A stretch of DNA of 64,000 nucleotides, from contig PPNB01000001.1 of the NCBI GenBank assembly GCA_003707115.1, positions 682,001 to 746,000 on the forward strand. Direction: 5' to 3'. The position numbers and the translations under genes are program-made. A model generated the notes under the pieces. It was not told the origin of the DNA. It worked only from the letters and a program-made list of their open reading frames with translations, and ran no database searches. The DNA is from Tortispora ganteri (taxonomy: Eukaryota). Positions 53,308 through 62,207 of this stretch are shown piece by piece; positions within the stretch are counted from its first letter, which is position 1, and each line of letters begins with the position of its first letter.

Positions 53308-54528
53308 ATGGATCGTAAGAGAAAGCTTCCGGGTAGACGGTTCAACAACGACGACCGGCAGCGACAGCGGCTGCAGTATGAGGCTCTGCAAGCGAAGAGG
53401 CAGGGTGAAGATTCACCAGCACCAGTTGAAAACGCAGATGTTGTTAGAGCGCACTACAATGCGCGCACATCAATGCAACCGCAAAGACGTCAAGAAAGCC
53501 CTATTTACGGGCTCAGAGTGTTCAATAATTTTATTAAATCATTGCTTATAGGTAAGTACGCAAAGCCTGGAGATACCGTGATTGATCTGGGTTGCGGCAA
53601 AGGTGGCGATTTGCTCAAATGGAATACCGCACATATATCGGCATACATGGGTATCGATATCGCTGAACATAGTATCTCTGAAGCACGAGATCGGTACCGG
53701 AGAATGCGCCGCCGTGATTTCCAAGCGCTTTTTATTGCTGGTGACTGCTTTGGTAAGCCCTTGTCGTCAGTTGTTAGAGCAGAGGATATGATGGAAGCAG
53801 ATATAGTGTCTACTCAATTCTGCATGCACTACGCCTATGAGTCCGAGACACTCGCTCGTCAATTTCTAGAAAACGTCAGCACTGCTTTAAAAGTAGGTGG
53901 ATATTGGATTGCTACTACACCGAGCAGTGATGCTATACTGAGGCTCGTCAAACAGAAGCGCGATGACAAAAAGAACCACACCGAGATTGAACAATCTAAG
54001 TACGAATCCAGTGCAACGTCTGCCCAGCCACCATGGGCCAACGAGAATAAAAGTGTCCCACCATGGACTAACGATTTAAACGATAACACTGATACTACAA
54101 AAAGAAAAGAATCAAGCGAGACAAAAGTTGAATCGCACGTGGAATCACACACTGAATCTCCCGACCAGAAACTGACGTTTGGCAACAAGTTCTACCACCT
54201 CGAATTTGAAAAACCACCTCCTGAAGACGGAATATTTCGCCCTCCATATGGTAATAGGTACACATTCTACCTAGAAGACGCAATTGAGAACGTGCCCGAG
54301 TTTGTGGTGCCTTTCGAAGCGTTACGTGGACTAGCTTCAGAATATAATCTTGAGCTCGTGAACAGATGGCATTTCGATGAGCTCTATAGGAAAGAAATTC
54401 GTGACCACCACGAACTTGCACGACGAATGAAAGTCGTAGATGGCGATTCAGTCAAACCAAACCTCATTCCGGAATTATTCGAAGCCTGCTCTCTCTATCA
54501 TTGCTTCGCCTTTCAGAAGACTCTCTGA
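53308..54528 (+). CDS. ABD1: mRNA cap guanine-N7 methyltransferase
   Basis: VRAHYN, SPIYGLRVFNNFIKSLLI, DLGCGKGGDLLKW, FCMHYAYE, VPEFVVPF. Confidence 0.96.
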   Translation: MDRKRKLPGRRFNNDDRQRQRLQYEALQAKRQGEDSPAPVENADVVRAHYNARTSMQPQRRQESPIYGLRVFNNFIKSLLIGKYAKPGDTVIDLGCGKGGDLLKWNTAHISAYMGIDIAEHSISEARDRYRRMRRRDFQALFIAGDCFGKPLSSVVRAEDMMEADIVSTQFCMHYAYESETLARQFLENVSTALKVGGYWIATTPSSDAILRLVKQKRDDKKNHTEIEQSKYESSATSAQPPWANENKSVPPWTNDLNDNTDTTKRKESSETKVESHVESHTESPDQKLTFGNKFYHLEFEKPPPEDGIFRPPYGNRYTFYLEDAIENVPEFVVPFEALRGLASEYNLELVNRWHFDELYRKEIRDHHELARRMKVVDGDSVKPNLIPELFEACSLYHCFAFQKTL

Positions 54529-54650
54529 TTCGTTCTTGTCAACCCCCTGAACCCTAACTTGAACTGTTACCACACGGCCTTTCGAGCTTTCTCTTTACAC
54601 GTTTACCTCTCCTTAATTCGTTCGAGAGACCTATTAGCACGACGCTCAGT

Positions 54651-55372
54651 ATGAATATTTTCAGATTCTTAGGTAAGTATTTTGCTTCGATGCTCAATTT
54701 CTGTGTACCGATGTAATTACTTTTACGTATGCGGTTACTAACCGCTTTCAATTAGCCGACTTGTCGCATATGGCGAGCATTGTTATCCTAATATTGCAAA
54801 TCAGGAAAACAAAATCTGCCGCAGGTGTCTCCTATAAGACGCAATTCTTGTATGCCCTAGTTTTTGCCACGCGATATATAGATATATTTTTTCACTATGT
54901 ATCTCTTTACAACACTTTTATGAAGATCTTCTTCGTCACATCGACTATATACATACTATACCTTATGCGCGTTCAATACAAGCCCAGTCATGATCCTAAC
55001 ATCGACACCTTCCGCATCGAGTACATAATAGCCCCTTCTGCTGTTCTTGCTCTTATAATTAACCATGGATACACACTTTACGAAATCCTCTGGTCGTTCT
55101 CTGTTTGGCTTGAAAGCGGTGCCATACTCCCTCAGCTCTTCATGCTTCAGAGAACCGGCGAGGCTGAAACTCTCACTGTTCATTACATTTTCGCTCTAGG
55201 TATATATCGTCTTCTATATATTCCCAACTGGATTTACCGATATATCGCCGAAGGAAGGGTAGAACCGATTGCATTTTTGGCCTCTCTGATTCAAACCGCA
55301 CTCTATTCAGATTTCTTCTACATATACTATACCAAAGTCATGCAGGGAAAGAAGTTCGAGCTGCCTCAATAA
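54651..55372 (+). CDS. ERD2: HDEL/KDEL ER retrieval receptor; exons 54651-54672 and 54756-55372
   Basis: MNIFRFL(G|CC)DLSH; intron GTAAGT...TACTAAC...TAG (83 nt); WSFSVWLES, ILPQL, YSDFFY. Confidence 0.97.
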
Positions 55373-55561
55373 TTACGCATACTGTACATCTTCTCGCACG
55401 GTAAAATTTGAAAGATAATTTTTCCGCACATGTTTCCTGTCGATGTACTATTGCAACAAAATCATTATGATGATGTCCATTTTATCATTATAATTCATTT
55501 TTATGTCATAAATTACCGTATCATTCACCCATTAAATCCAATTTCATCATTTCTGTCCTAC

Positions 55562-57022
55562 TCATCCTCTCAACAGTCTTTGGAAATTATAAAATTCTCT
55601 TAGCTCATCTTGAATATCACTAGGCCCCGGAGCCCACTTTTTGAATTTTCTCTGCCACCGGGCATCATGATCAAAGATTGCTTCCAATTGCTCATCGCTT
55701 AACTCAAATATTTGCTTGGTTACCTCTACCTGTGAAGGGCCTCGACGGTGTCCTCGAGGCGGTGCAATGTTTAGGCTGGCGGAACTAGAATACGAAGCAA
55801 GCCGGTAGCCGTCAGAAATACCTCCAATCATAGGTGTGCTGAGCTCATCATCATCTTCCAAGTCATCTATCCCATCAAACGGATCTTCCTCAGATTGGTT
55901 GTCATCAGAGGCCGCCTTTACCCAGCACAGATTAACAGCATCAAATACCATACCATTGTTGCTGCTGTTAGCATCAAGGTCCGAATCAATATCAGTTATC
56001 AGTGTCGGTTTCTGCATAGATCTAAGCGACCTATTATTCATGGCATCCAGATTTTCAAAAGGATCCGGCTCGTTGCCATTAAATCTCCATCCACCTCCAT
56101 CAGCATCATCGAACATCACATTCTCTTGGTTCCATGCGATTCGCTGTTTAGCGCATACATCTTCGAACTGGTTCGGTGATATAAACTGCACGCCCTTCTT
56201 GGATTTCCTTTTAGGTGTTCCAGTTCTTGTATCGCTAGAAGAAATCAATACACCTTTCGGTGGGTTTCCCCTGACTTTGTGACGTTTCTTGTGTTCTGGT
56301 ATTTCAGAATATTGTCGTAGCATCTCTTGGCCTCTAAGGCTGTGATGGTTCGGTCGAGACATATCGCTTTTCCGTGGGGACCTTTGGAAATCAGCAAATG
56401 AGGTCTGTTTTCTCAGAGTCTCATACTGTTGATGACGGTCAAAACGGCCTAGTGTGAGTGCTGAGCCGACGTTTCGCAGAGTTTTTGACGGAGTAGCAGG
56501 CGGATCGAAGTTGAAATCTTGGATCGAAGGGCCATTACGTGGTTTGCTCGCCTGTCTTAATGTCGCATATCGGAGGGTAGAATCAATACGTGACTTGTTA
56601 ATACTTCCAGCGCCATTACTGATATTTAAATCATCAAAGAAGTCATCCTCATCCTCTTCCTCTGGTTCTCTGTACCGGTATGCAATATTGCGATGCTTTA
56701 TAGGTGAAGTAGCAGGTCGAGAGCGTGTTTGCAAACGTGCTTTCAAATTAAAATTTGCGGGAATTTTGAAATCCATTTCGTAATCGTCCTCATTAGCAGT
56801 TTCGGAGCATTCTGAGGCGCTGGAAGATCCTCTAAAATTGGGCGACTCAAATGAATCTGGGACATTTGCAAGTCGTCTTAAAGATTGCTGTGCTATTGTG
56901 CCGTACTCAAAATTATAGTCTTCATCTGTATCATCTTCAGCATAATCTTCCAAGTTCAGTGTCTTTGGCTTTACATTAATAGCCAATCCACGTAATTGTG
57001 ATTCAACGTCGTCTGATGCCAT
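55562..57022 (-). CDS. BFA1: Bfa1/Byr4 spindle-position/septation checkpoint GAP component
   Basis: WRFNGNE...F, KPTLITDI...NGMVFDAVNLCWVK...EDPFDGIDDL, and a C-terminal ARWQRKFKKW, all typical of Byr4/Bfa1. Confidence 0.75.
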   Translation of the reverse strand: MASDDVESQLRGLAINVKPKTLNLEDYAEDDTDEDYNFEYGTIAQQSLRRLANVPDSFESPNFRGSSSASECSETANEDDYEMDFKIPANFNLKARLQTRSRPATSPIKHRNIAYRYREPEEEDEDDFFDDLNISNGAGSINKSRIDSTLRYATLRQASKPRNGPSIQDFNFDPPATPSKTLRNVGSALTLGRFDRHQQYETLRKQTSFADFQRSPRKSDMSRPNHHSLRGQEMLRQYSEIPEHKKRHKVRGNPPKGVLISSSDTRTGTPKRKSKKGVQFISPNQFEDVCAKQRIAWNQENVMFDDADGGGWRFNGNEPDPFENLDAMNNRSLRSMQKPTLITDIDSDLDANSSNNGMVFDAVNLCWVKAASDDNQSEEDPFDGIDDLEDDDELSTPMIGGISDGYRLASYSSSASLNIAPPRGHRRGPSQVEVTKQIFELSDEQLEAIFDHDARWQRKFKKWAPGPSDIQDELREFYNFQRLLRG

Positions 57023-57121
57023 ATGATATTTAAGTAGTTGTCGAATGTAAACAACACTTTTGTGGTATTACACCCAATAAGAGCTATTCACTGGGACTTC
57101 TCAAACCGCCCCACCCATACA

Positions 57122-57925
57122 ATGCCAGTCAGTTTGCTTTCAGGGCAAACATCAAAAGATAATCAATATTTATTATTAGTTATATATTCAGATGAATCAT
57201 ACGAATTTAGAGCTCTTATAAAAAGCGATGAACTATACGCTTTTGAAACCACATGTCCTTCTCAGTATCTATCGAGTTTGCACGCTTCTAACGTTTCCGA
57301 ACATGACTGGGTCGAAGCACTGCCTAAAGCCTTCAACTTTAAATCAAGCACTAACATTAGTTTATCAATACAAGAAAATGATACAGATATACTTATACAT
57401 GTTGTCTCTTCAAATGATGACCTACTTTCTACTCTCGGATCAATATCTGTACCTGAAAGCGATACCGATATGTTCGATTGGCTGCAATTGGCTGCAAAAG
57501 AGTTCAACTCTCTCAAAACCATTATATACAGCCAGGAAAACACTATAAATAATCTATCGACAACATCCGGTAAACTGAATGCTCAAATTAACGAACTGAT
57601 ATCAGCCAAGGCCGCAGACGAAGAGCTCATATACTCGAAGGTCGCCCTGTTGCTCAATGCTAAGAAACAGAAAATAGAGCAACTTTCTAATCAGTTAGCT
57701 ACAGCTTCCTCAACCGATACACCATCTTCCATATCGGGCCCCGTGCATTCGCAACTTTCTCCTTCTCTGGTGTCGCCTGAAACTAAACCTCACAACTTCG
57801 CCTTAGAACCGTCGACCCCACCCAGCGACGTTACCGCTCAAGATACAGCATTGAACGAATCTGCCCTGTCAACACCTTCAACTGCGTCAACTGCTTCTAC
57901 AGCATCCACTGCCAGTCCGGAATAA
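57122..57925 (+). CDS. XRCC4/Lif1-like NHEJ factor
   Basis: Beta-rich head, MFDW, then coiled coil ELISAKAADEELIYSKVALLLNAKKQKI (ligase IV-binding motif). Confidence 0.75.
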   Translation: MPVSLLSGQTSKDNQYLLLVIYSDESYEFRALIKSDELYAFETTCPSQYLSSLHASNVSEHDWVEALPKAFNFKSSTNISLSIQENDTDILIHVVSSNDDLLSTLGSISVPESDTDMFDWLQLAAKEFNSLKTIIYSQENTINNLSTTSGKLNAQINELISAKAADEELIYSKVALLLNAKKQKIEQLSNQLATASSTDTPSSISGPVHSQLSPSLVSPETKPHNFALEPSTPPSDVTAQDTALNESALSTPSTASTASTASTASPE

Positions 57926-57964
57926 ATTTGCACTACCTGCAATTGTGTCACCATTTTAAAGCTA

Positions 57965-57989
57965 GTCACGTGACACATATAAACCCTAA
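57965..57989. promoter_or_regulatory. Cbf1 palindrome GTCACGTGAC next to TATAAA and the Tbf1-like AACCCTAA
   Basis: Seen directly about 180-200 bp upstream of the 58168 ATG. Confidence 0.55.
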
Positions 57990-58167
57990 TTGACAAGGTT
58001 CTAAACGGTCAATCATCTCGGCAGGATCTTGGACATCACCTGTCCCCTCCCTTTCGTCTTTGCAGCGAATAGCTCTGCTACAGTTTGCCGTTAACTCTTG
58101 CTTTTAGAAAAATATTCTTTAACATCTGATATACCAATCTGATCATTCATCGCTAAACGACAGTCGC

Positions 58168-59340
58168 ATGTCCTCTCTTGCCAGAGCTGGAGCCGAAGCA
58201 GCTGCAGCTACCGGAGATGAAAGTGATGCAAACTGTGCTATAACTGAACCACTGCAACTACCTCCATTACTTAGCCCAACATTGCCAGCATGGACAGAAG
58301 GCGAATATCTTGAAAATTGCAGTAGCCCAGAAAGTGTGTCCCCTCTTGATTCAAATAATGAAACTTTTTCACTCAGCGTCTCAACTTCTCTCAAACACAC
58401 GTCTTCTTTAAGCTCAACTCAATCCAAGAAGCGGAAAAGTGCTCATATTTCTTCTAATAGAACTCGCTCTTACAGTACCAGTGGATCAGAAAACGAAGAG
58501 GATGAATTGCAGCATAATTCTGCCACCGCGCATACTACACCGGGCAAGCATCAGTCTCCTCTTCACAATTCAAACCACTCTGCCATCAATGGAGCACCAA
58601 TAGACCCCAAACTTCAGCAAGATCGCAATATACTGCTAAAAAAAACAGAGCGATGGATTCATCAAGGACGCAAATTAAAGCATGCAGTCGATACTAGCTG
58701 GTCAGATGGACGCTCAATACATGCAGTTCTATATGGCTTTGAATCTCTACTGTGCTATATGACCGGTTTTGATTACGAAGACAAGTCTCGGCTCATTGTA
58801 CATAAGCTACCTTCAGACCAATCCTGGAGCACTTTACACCCTTTTACAAAATATATTATTGGAATCTGTGAGAAAGGTGGATTCTCTGAAATATCGGGCA
58901 TTTGTTTCCTCATGAGAGCCGTTATTGCGCAACGGTGTTCTTTGTTCAGCCATGCTAGCCTTCTGGAATCTATACTGACAAAATCAGATAACTTAACCAC
59001 TGGGCAAGCTAAATTGGCTAGCTGGACCGAACAGTCTTACAGGGATTTTAATAAAGGATACGCTTTACTCTCAGTTGAAACACTCACATCACATTTCCCT
59101 AACACCTGGAATGGCAGGTCTACATTCAAAGCGTCCGAAATCCGTCTTGTACATAGGTCTCCCAGGGATATATGCGGCCCTATTGTTGATCAGCCTTCAT
59201 TAAGACCTATGAACCATTCTTATTCATTACCGCTCACTTCAGTGTCAACAATACAAGAAGCAGCGGCGTTTTGCTATGCTGCCCTATCAGAGTGGTCAAG
59301 TAAAAATGACGTTGGCTATAAATGGAGTATTGACGTATAA
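58168..59340 (+). CDS. Ebp1/AFF (AF4/FMR2 C-terminal homology)-like protein
   Basis: LPPLLSPTLP near the N-terminus, disordered middle, helical C-terminal domain beginning WIHQGRKLKHAVD...ESLLCYM. Confidence 0.55.
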   Translation: MSSLARAGAEAAAATGDESDANCAITEPLQLPPLLSPTLPAWTEGEYLENCSSPESVSPLDSNNETFSLSVSTSLKHTSSLSSTQSKKRKSAHISSNRTRSYSTSGSENEEDELQHNSATAHTTPGKHQSPLHNSNHSAINGAPIDPKLQQDRNILLKKTERWIHQGRKLKHAVDTSWSDGRSIHAVLYGFESLLCYMTGFDYEDKSRLIVHKLPSDQSWSTLHPFTKYIIGICEKGGFSEISGICFLMRAVIAQRCSLFSHASLLESILTKSDNLTTGQAKLASWTEQSYRDFNKGYALLSVETLTSHFPNTWNGRSTFKASEIRLVHRSPRDICGPIVDQPSLRPMNHSYSLPLTSVSTIQEAAAFCYAALSEWSSKNDVGYKWSIDV

Positions 59341-59621
59341 TGAGCTACATCTCGGTTTACCGATTCAATTACGAATTTCAATTCTGTTGAGCATATCATC
59401 CCTTGTTCTAAATATACTTGCACACCCTTTAATAATCTCCCACTACAAAAAGTATCATCGATCGGTATCTCATTTAGTTATTTATTTTTATATACGTTCA
59501 TCTCAGTCAACTGCTGGATAAATTGTAGAATCTTCTCCAATAGTACAAAAAGAGATAGACAGAGAAAGCAATATACTTGAGTGCAGCCGCAAACATCCAG
59601 AATTATTACAGTGCCAAATTT

Positions 59622-62207
59622 TCAGTAATTTTTCAGAATTCCAAAATGATCTGGTTTTGAAACAATCTCTTGCTCTTTTGCTCTGGTAGAACTATTCATT
59701 TCTGAACCTGCATGCTGAACAGGCAAGCCTCCTATTTTGGAATAAATTCTGCGCCCATACGGGGTATTGCGTATAACTGGAAGCAACGGCCTGATGGTAT
59801 CAATCAGTTCGGATCTCAGAGAAATATCAGCCGAGTCAATAGCTGTTTGGACAACATAGTTTCCATACGAATCTCGAAGAAGTTGATCAAGTCTATCTGA
59901 AACCAGAATCTCGCGAATAATAGCAGAGCGTTGAGGCGGCTCACTAATTCTAATACATTTCTCCATAACATTGGAGCTGAATTTTTGAAGAGACATCTCA
60001 CAAATGTGACCCAAAAATTCCTCGATTAATGGGTTGATATACTTAGCAAGGCCCAAATCCAAAACATACTGCGTTACATAGTTCCCAAACTGATCTTGAA
60101 CCAAAGAGAGAGCGTTATGAACAATCACCGAAACCAATTGGTCCTTCTGCTCAGGCGACGCATGATCAATGCAACGTTGCAAAACGCAGCATCCATGGCG
60201 ATGGGTACCAACAACAATGCAGTTTTTCCCCACGACGTCGTATATGAACTGGTTTTGTTCATGGCTCAAACAATTTAGACATTTTTGGATAACATGATTG
60301 CCGTTGAGATCACGAATGAGCTCTACCACACTGCCTTTTAAAGAATTGATAATCAACGATACCTGATAAGAGTTTTTCAGCGATTCAATCATTTTTTGCA
60401 AAGCACGAGTACCGTATTGATTCAAAGCGATAGGAATCAAATGAGGAACACAATTCTCCACAATAACATTCAGTTGATCTTCATTTGTGTAATAAATCAG
60501 CTTTTGACAAAGATAATTGCCGAACGGGTCAGTCATAAGTTCAACGAACCGATCCTTGGTTTCGTTGTAAATAATATCTAAATATTCAGGATTTTTCTCC
60601 TCAAGCTTCTTTTGTAAATATCTGCACCCATGCTGATCGCGACAAAGGCTAAATATTTCGCCCACAAACTTCTCAAAAGGTACATTCTGAAAACGATTAG
60701 CATCTGAAGAGTGAACTCGAGAGTTTCCTTGGATAGTACGGGAGGAAATAGCTGAGTAGAGATGCTGTTTGCCTCGTCCAGCATGCTTTGAGTCGTTGTG
60801 AGAAGAATTTCCAGAAGTAAGATTGTTTTTTCTGTTATTAGAACCACCATTATTGACAAACTGGTCATTGATAGTCATTCTGCCGACAAAAGGGTTAGAA
60901 ATATGAGCTTTGGACTGCAAATGTACATCCTCCATAGGACCAACAGAATGAGGTAAAGGAGCATGGCGGACACTATCAGTTACCTGTGGAAGAGGAATTG
61001 GTGAAATAGGGCGGGAAGAATTCACAAGCGAAGAACCTGAAGGATGAGAGCGGTTCAGGGGCTTGTAGGTGTTACATGTGCCCATAGGCAGGTATCCTGC
61101 ATTAGCATTAGCAGAATAAGAATGCTGAAGAGGCTGAGCACTTTGTTGATACTTTCCATAATATTTAGAACCAGGCAAAGCATAGTCACCCCACAAATTT
61201 GTTTCATATGCATCATTAGCAATTGAGTCGTCGGATTTTGAACCGGAGGATTTTCTATGCTGAGATGGGAGCTCAATATCTTGCGAATCAGAAAACAAAG
61301 GCTTCAGATAACGTGATCCATGAGCAATGTAGTCATTGGATTCAGTAAAGCCGGGTTTCAAAGATCTAAGAGCACTCTCATTGCGCTCTAAAGTTAGGCC
61401 TTCCATGTGACTATTCAGATACTTATGAGCCTGAATATATTGAGCATTATCGTCCATGTCAAATGCACCACTATGATTCTTAGCAGAATTAGGAGTCTTA
61501 AGACTGACATGCATCTTGTTTCTGTATGCAATATAATCCTCTGAAGATGGAGTAGCATGAGTAGAATGAGAATTTCTCAACACTGAATAATTCGGCGTAG
61601 CATTTAATGAAAACGATTCAGGGAGCATACCGGAGAAGCTTGACGAAAGAGCATGACCGGGTTGCCTCTGAGACGTGTTAGAGTAACTTTTTGTTTGCGG
61701 GCCGGAGCGACCAAGCAAAGGTCCATTAGGCAAATTCAATACAGGTGCTGATAGAAGTTCAGGAGGGGTGGCAGGCTCTGAGACAGCTGAACAGTTTGAG
61801 TAGGTACCATTTCCTGGGCTAGCCGATGATATCTGAGTGAGGAGCACCTGCTCTTCCTTTCGTTGGCGCATTTCTAGATAGAGCATTTCCTGCTCAAAGC
61901 GTCTTACATGTTCTTGACGGGCAACTTGATGCTCTTGTCGACGAGATTCGTAGACAGACCAATCGACGGGATCTAACAGACCTCTACGAGGAGCATCATT
62001 CGGAAGCCTGACGTCCAGAGAGGTCGAAGAAATAGGGGGTAGCAATGCGCTTGCGGAGGAAGCCAAACCAACTGATGAGCTTGTTCCAGTTGTAGAGGTG
62101 GAAGACATTGATTCTTCACGCTCATGTGAGGAAAACGGTCGTTCTTGTCTCGCAGATGGAGATAAAGAATAATGCAAGTTAGAAGGATTAGCAACAAAGC
62201 TCTTCAT
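59622..62207 (-). CDS. Pumilio-family RNA-binding protein (Puf4/Mpt5 subfamily)
   Basis: Eight Pumilio repeats: DQHGCRYLQ, DPFGNYLCQ, NQYGTRALQ, DLNGNHVIQ, HRHGCCVLQ, DQFGNYVTQ, QKFSSNVME, DSYGNYVVQ. Confidence 0.95.
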   Translation of the reverse strand: MKSFVANPSNLHYSLSPSARQERPFSSHEREESMSSTSTTGTSSSVGLASSASALLPPISSTSLDVRLPNDAPRRGLLDPVDWSVYESRRQEHQVARQEHVRRFEQEMLYLEMRQRKEEQVLLTQISSASPGNGTYSNCSAVSEPATPPELLSAPVLNLPNGPLLGRSGPQTKSYSNTSQRQPGHALSSSFSGMLPESFSLNATPNYSVLRNSHSTHATPSSEDYIAYRNKMHVSLKTPNSAKNHSGAFDMDDNAQYIQAHKYLNSHMEGLTLERNESALRSLKPGFTESNDYIAHGSRYLKPLFSDSQDIELPSQHRKSSGSKSDDSIANDAYETNLWGDYALPGSKYYGKYQQSAQPLQHSYSANANAGYLPMGTCNTYKPLNRSHPSGSSLVNSSRPISPIPLPQVTDSVRHAPLPHSVGPMEDVHLQSKAHISNPFVGRMTINDQFVNNGGSNNRKNNLTSGNSSHNDSKHAGRGKQHLYSAISSRTIQGNSRVHSSDANRFQNVPFEKFVGEIFSLCRDQHGCRYLQKKLEEKNPEYLDIIYNETKDRFVELMTDPFGNYLCQKLIYYTNEDQLNVIVENCVPHLIPIALNQYGTRALQKMIESLKNSYQVSLIINSLKGSVVELIRDLNGNHVIQKCLNCLSHEQNQFIYDVVGKNCIVVGTHRHGCCVLQRCIDHASPEQKDQLVSVIVHNALSLVQDQFGNYVTQYVLDLGLAKYINPLIEEFLGHICEMSLQKFSSNVMEKCIRISEPPQRSAIIREILVSDRLDQLLRDSYGNYVVQTAIDSADISLRSELIDTIRPLLPVIRNTPYGRRIYSKIGGLPVQHAGSEMNSSTRAKEQEIVSKPDHFGILKNY

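Noticed and set aside
57875..57915. STASTASTAS repeat at the XRCC4-like C-terminus
   Set aside because: Short, degenerate low-complexity tail typical of disordered termini
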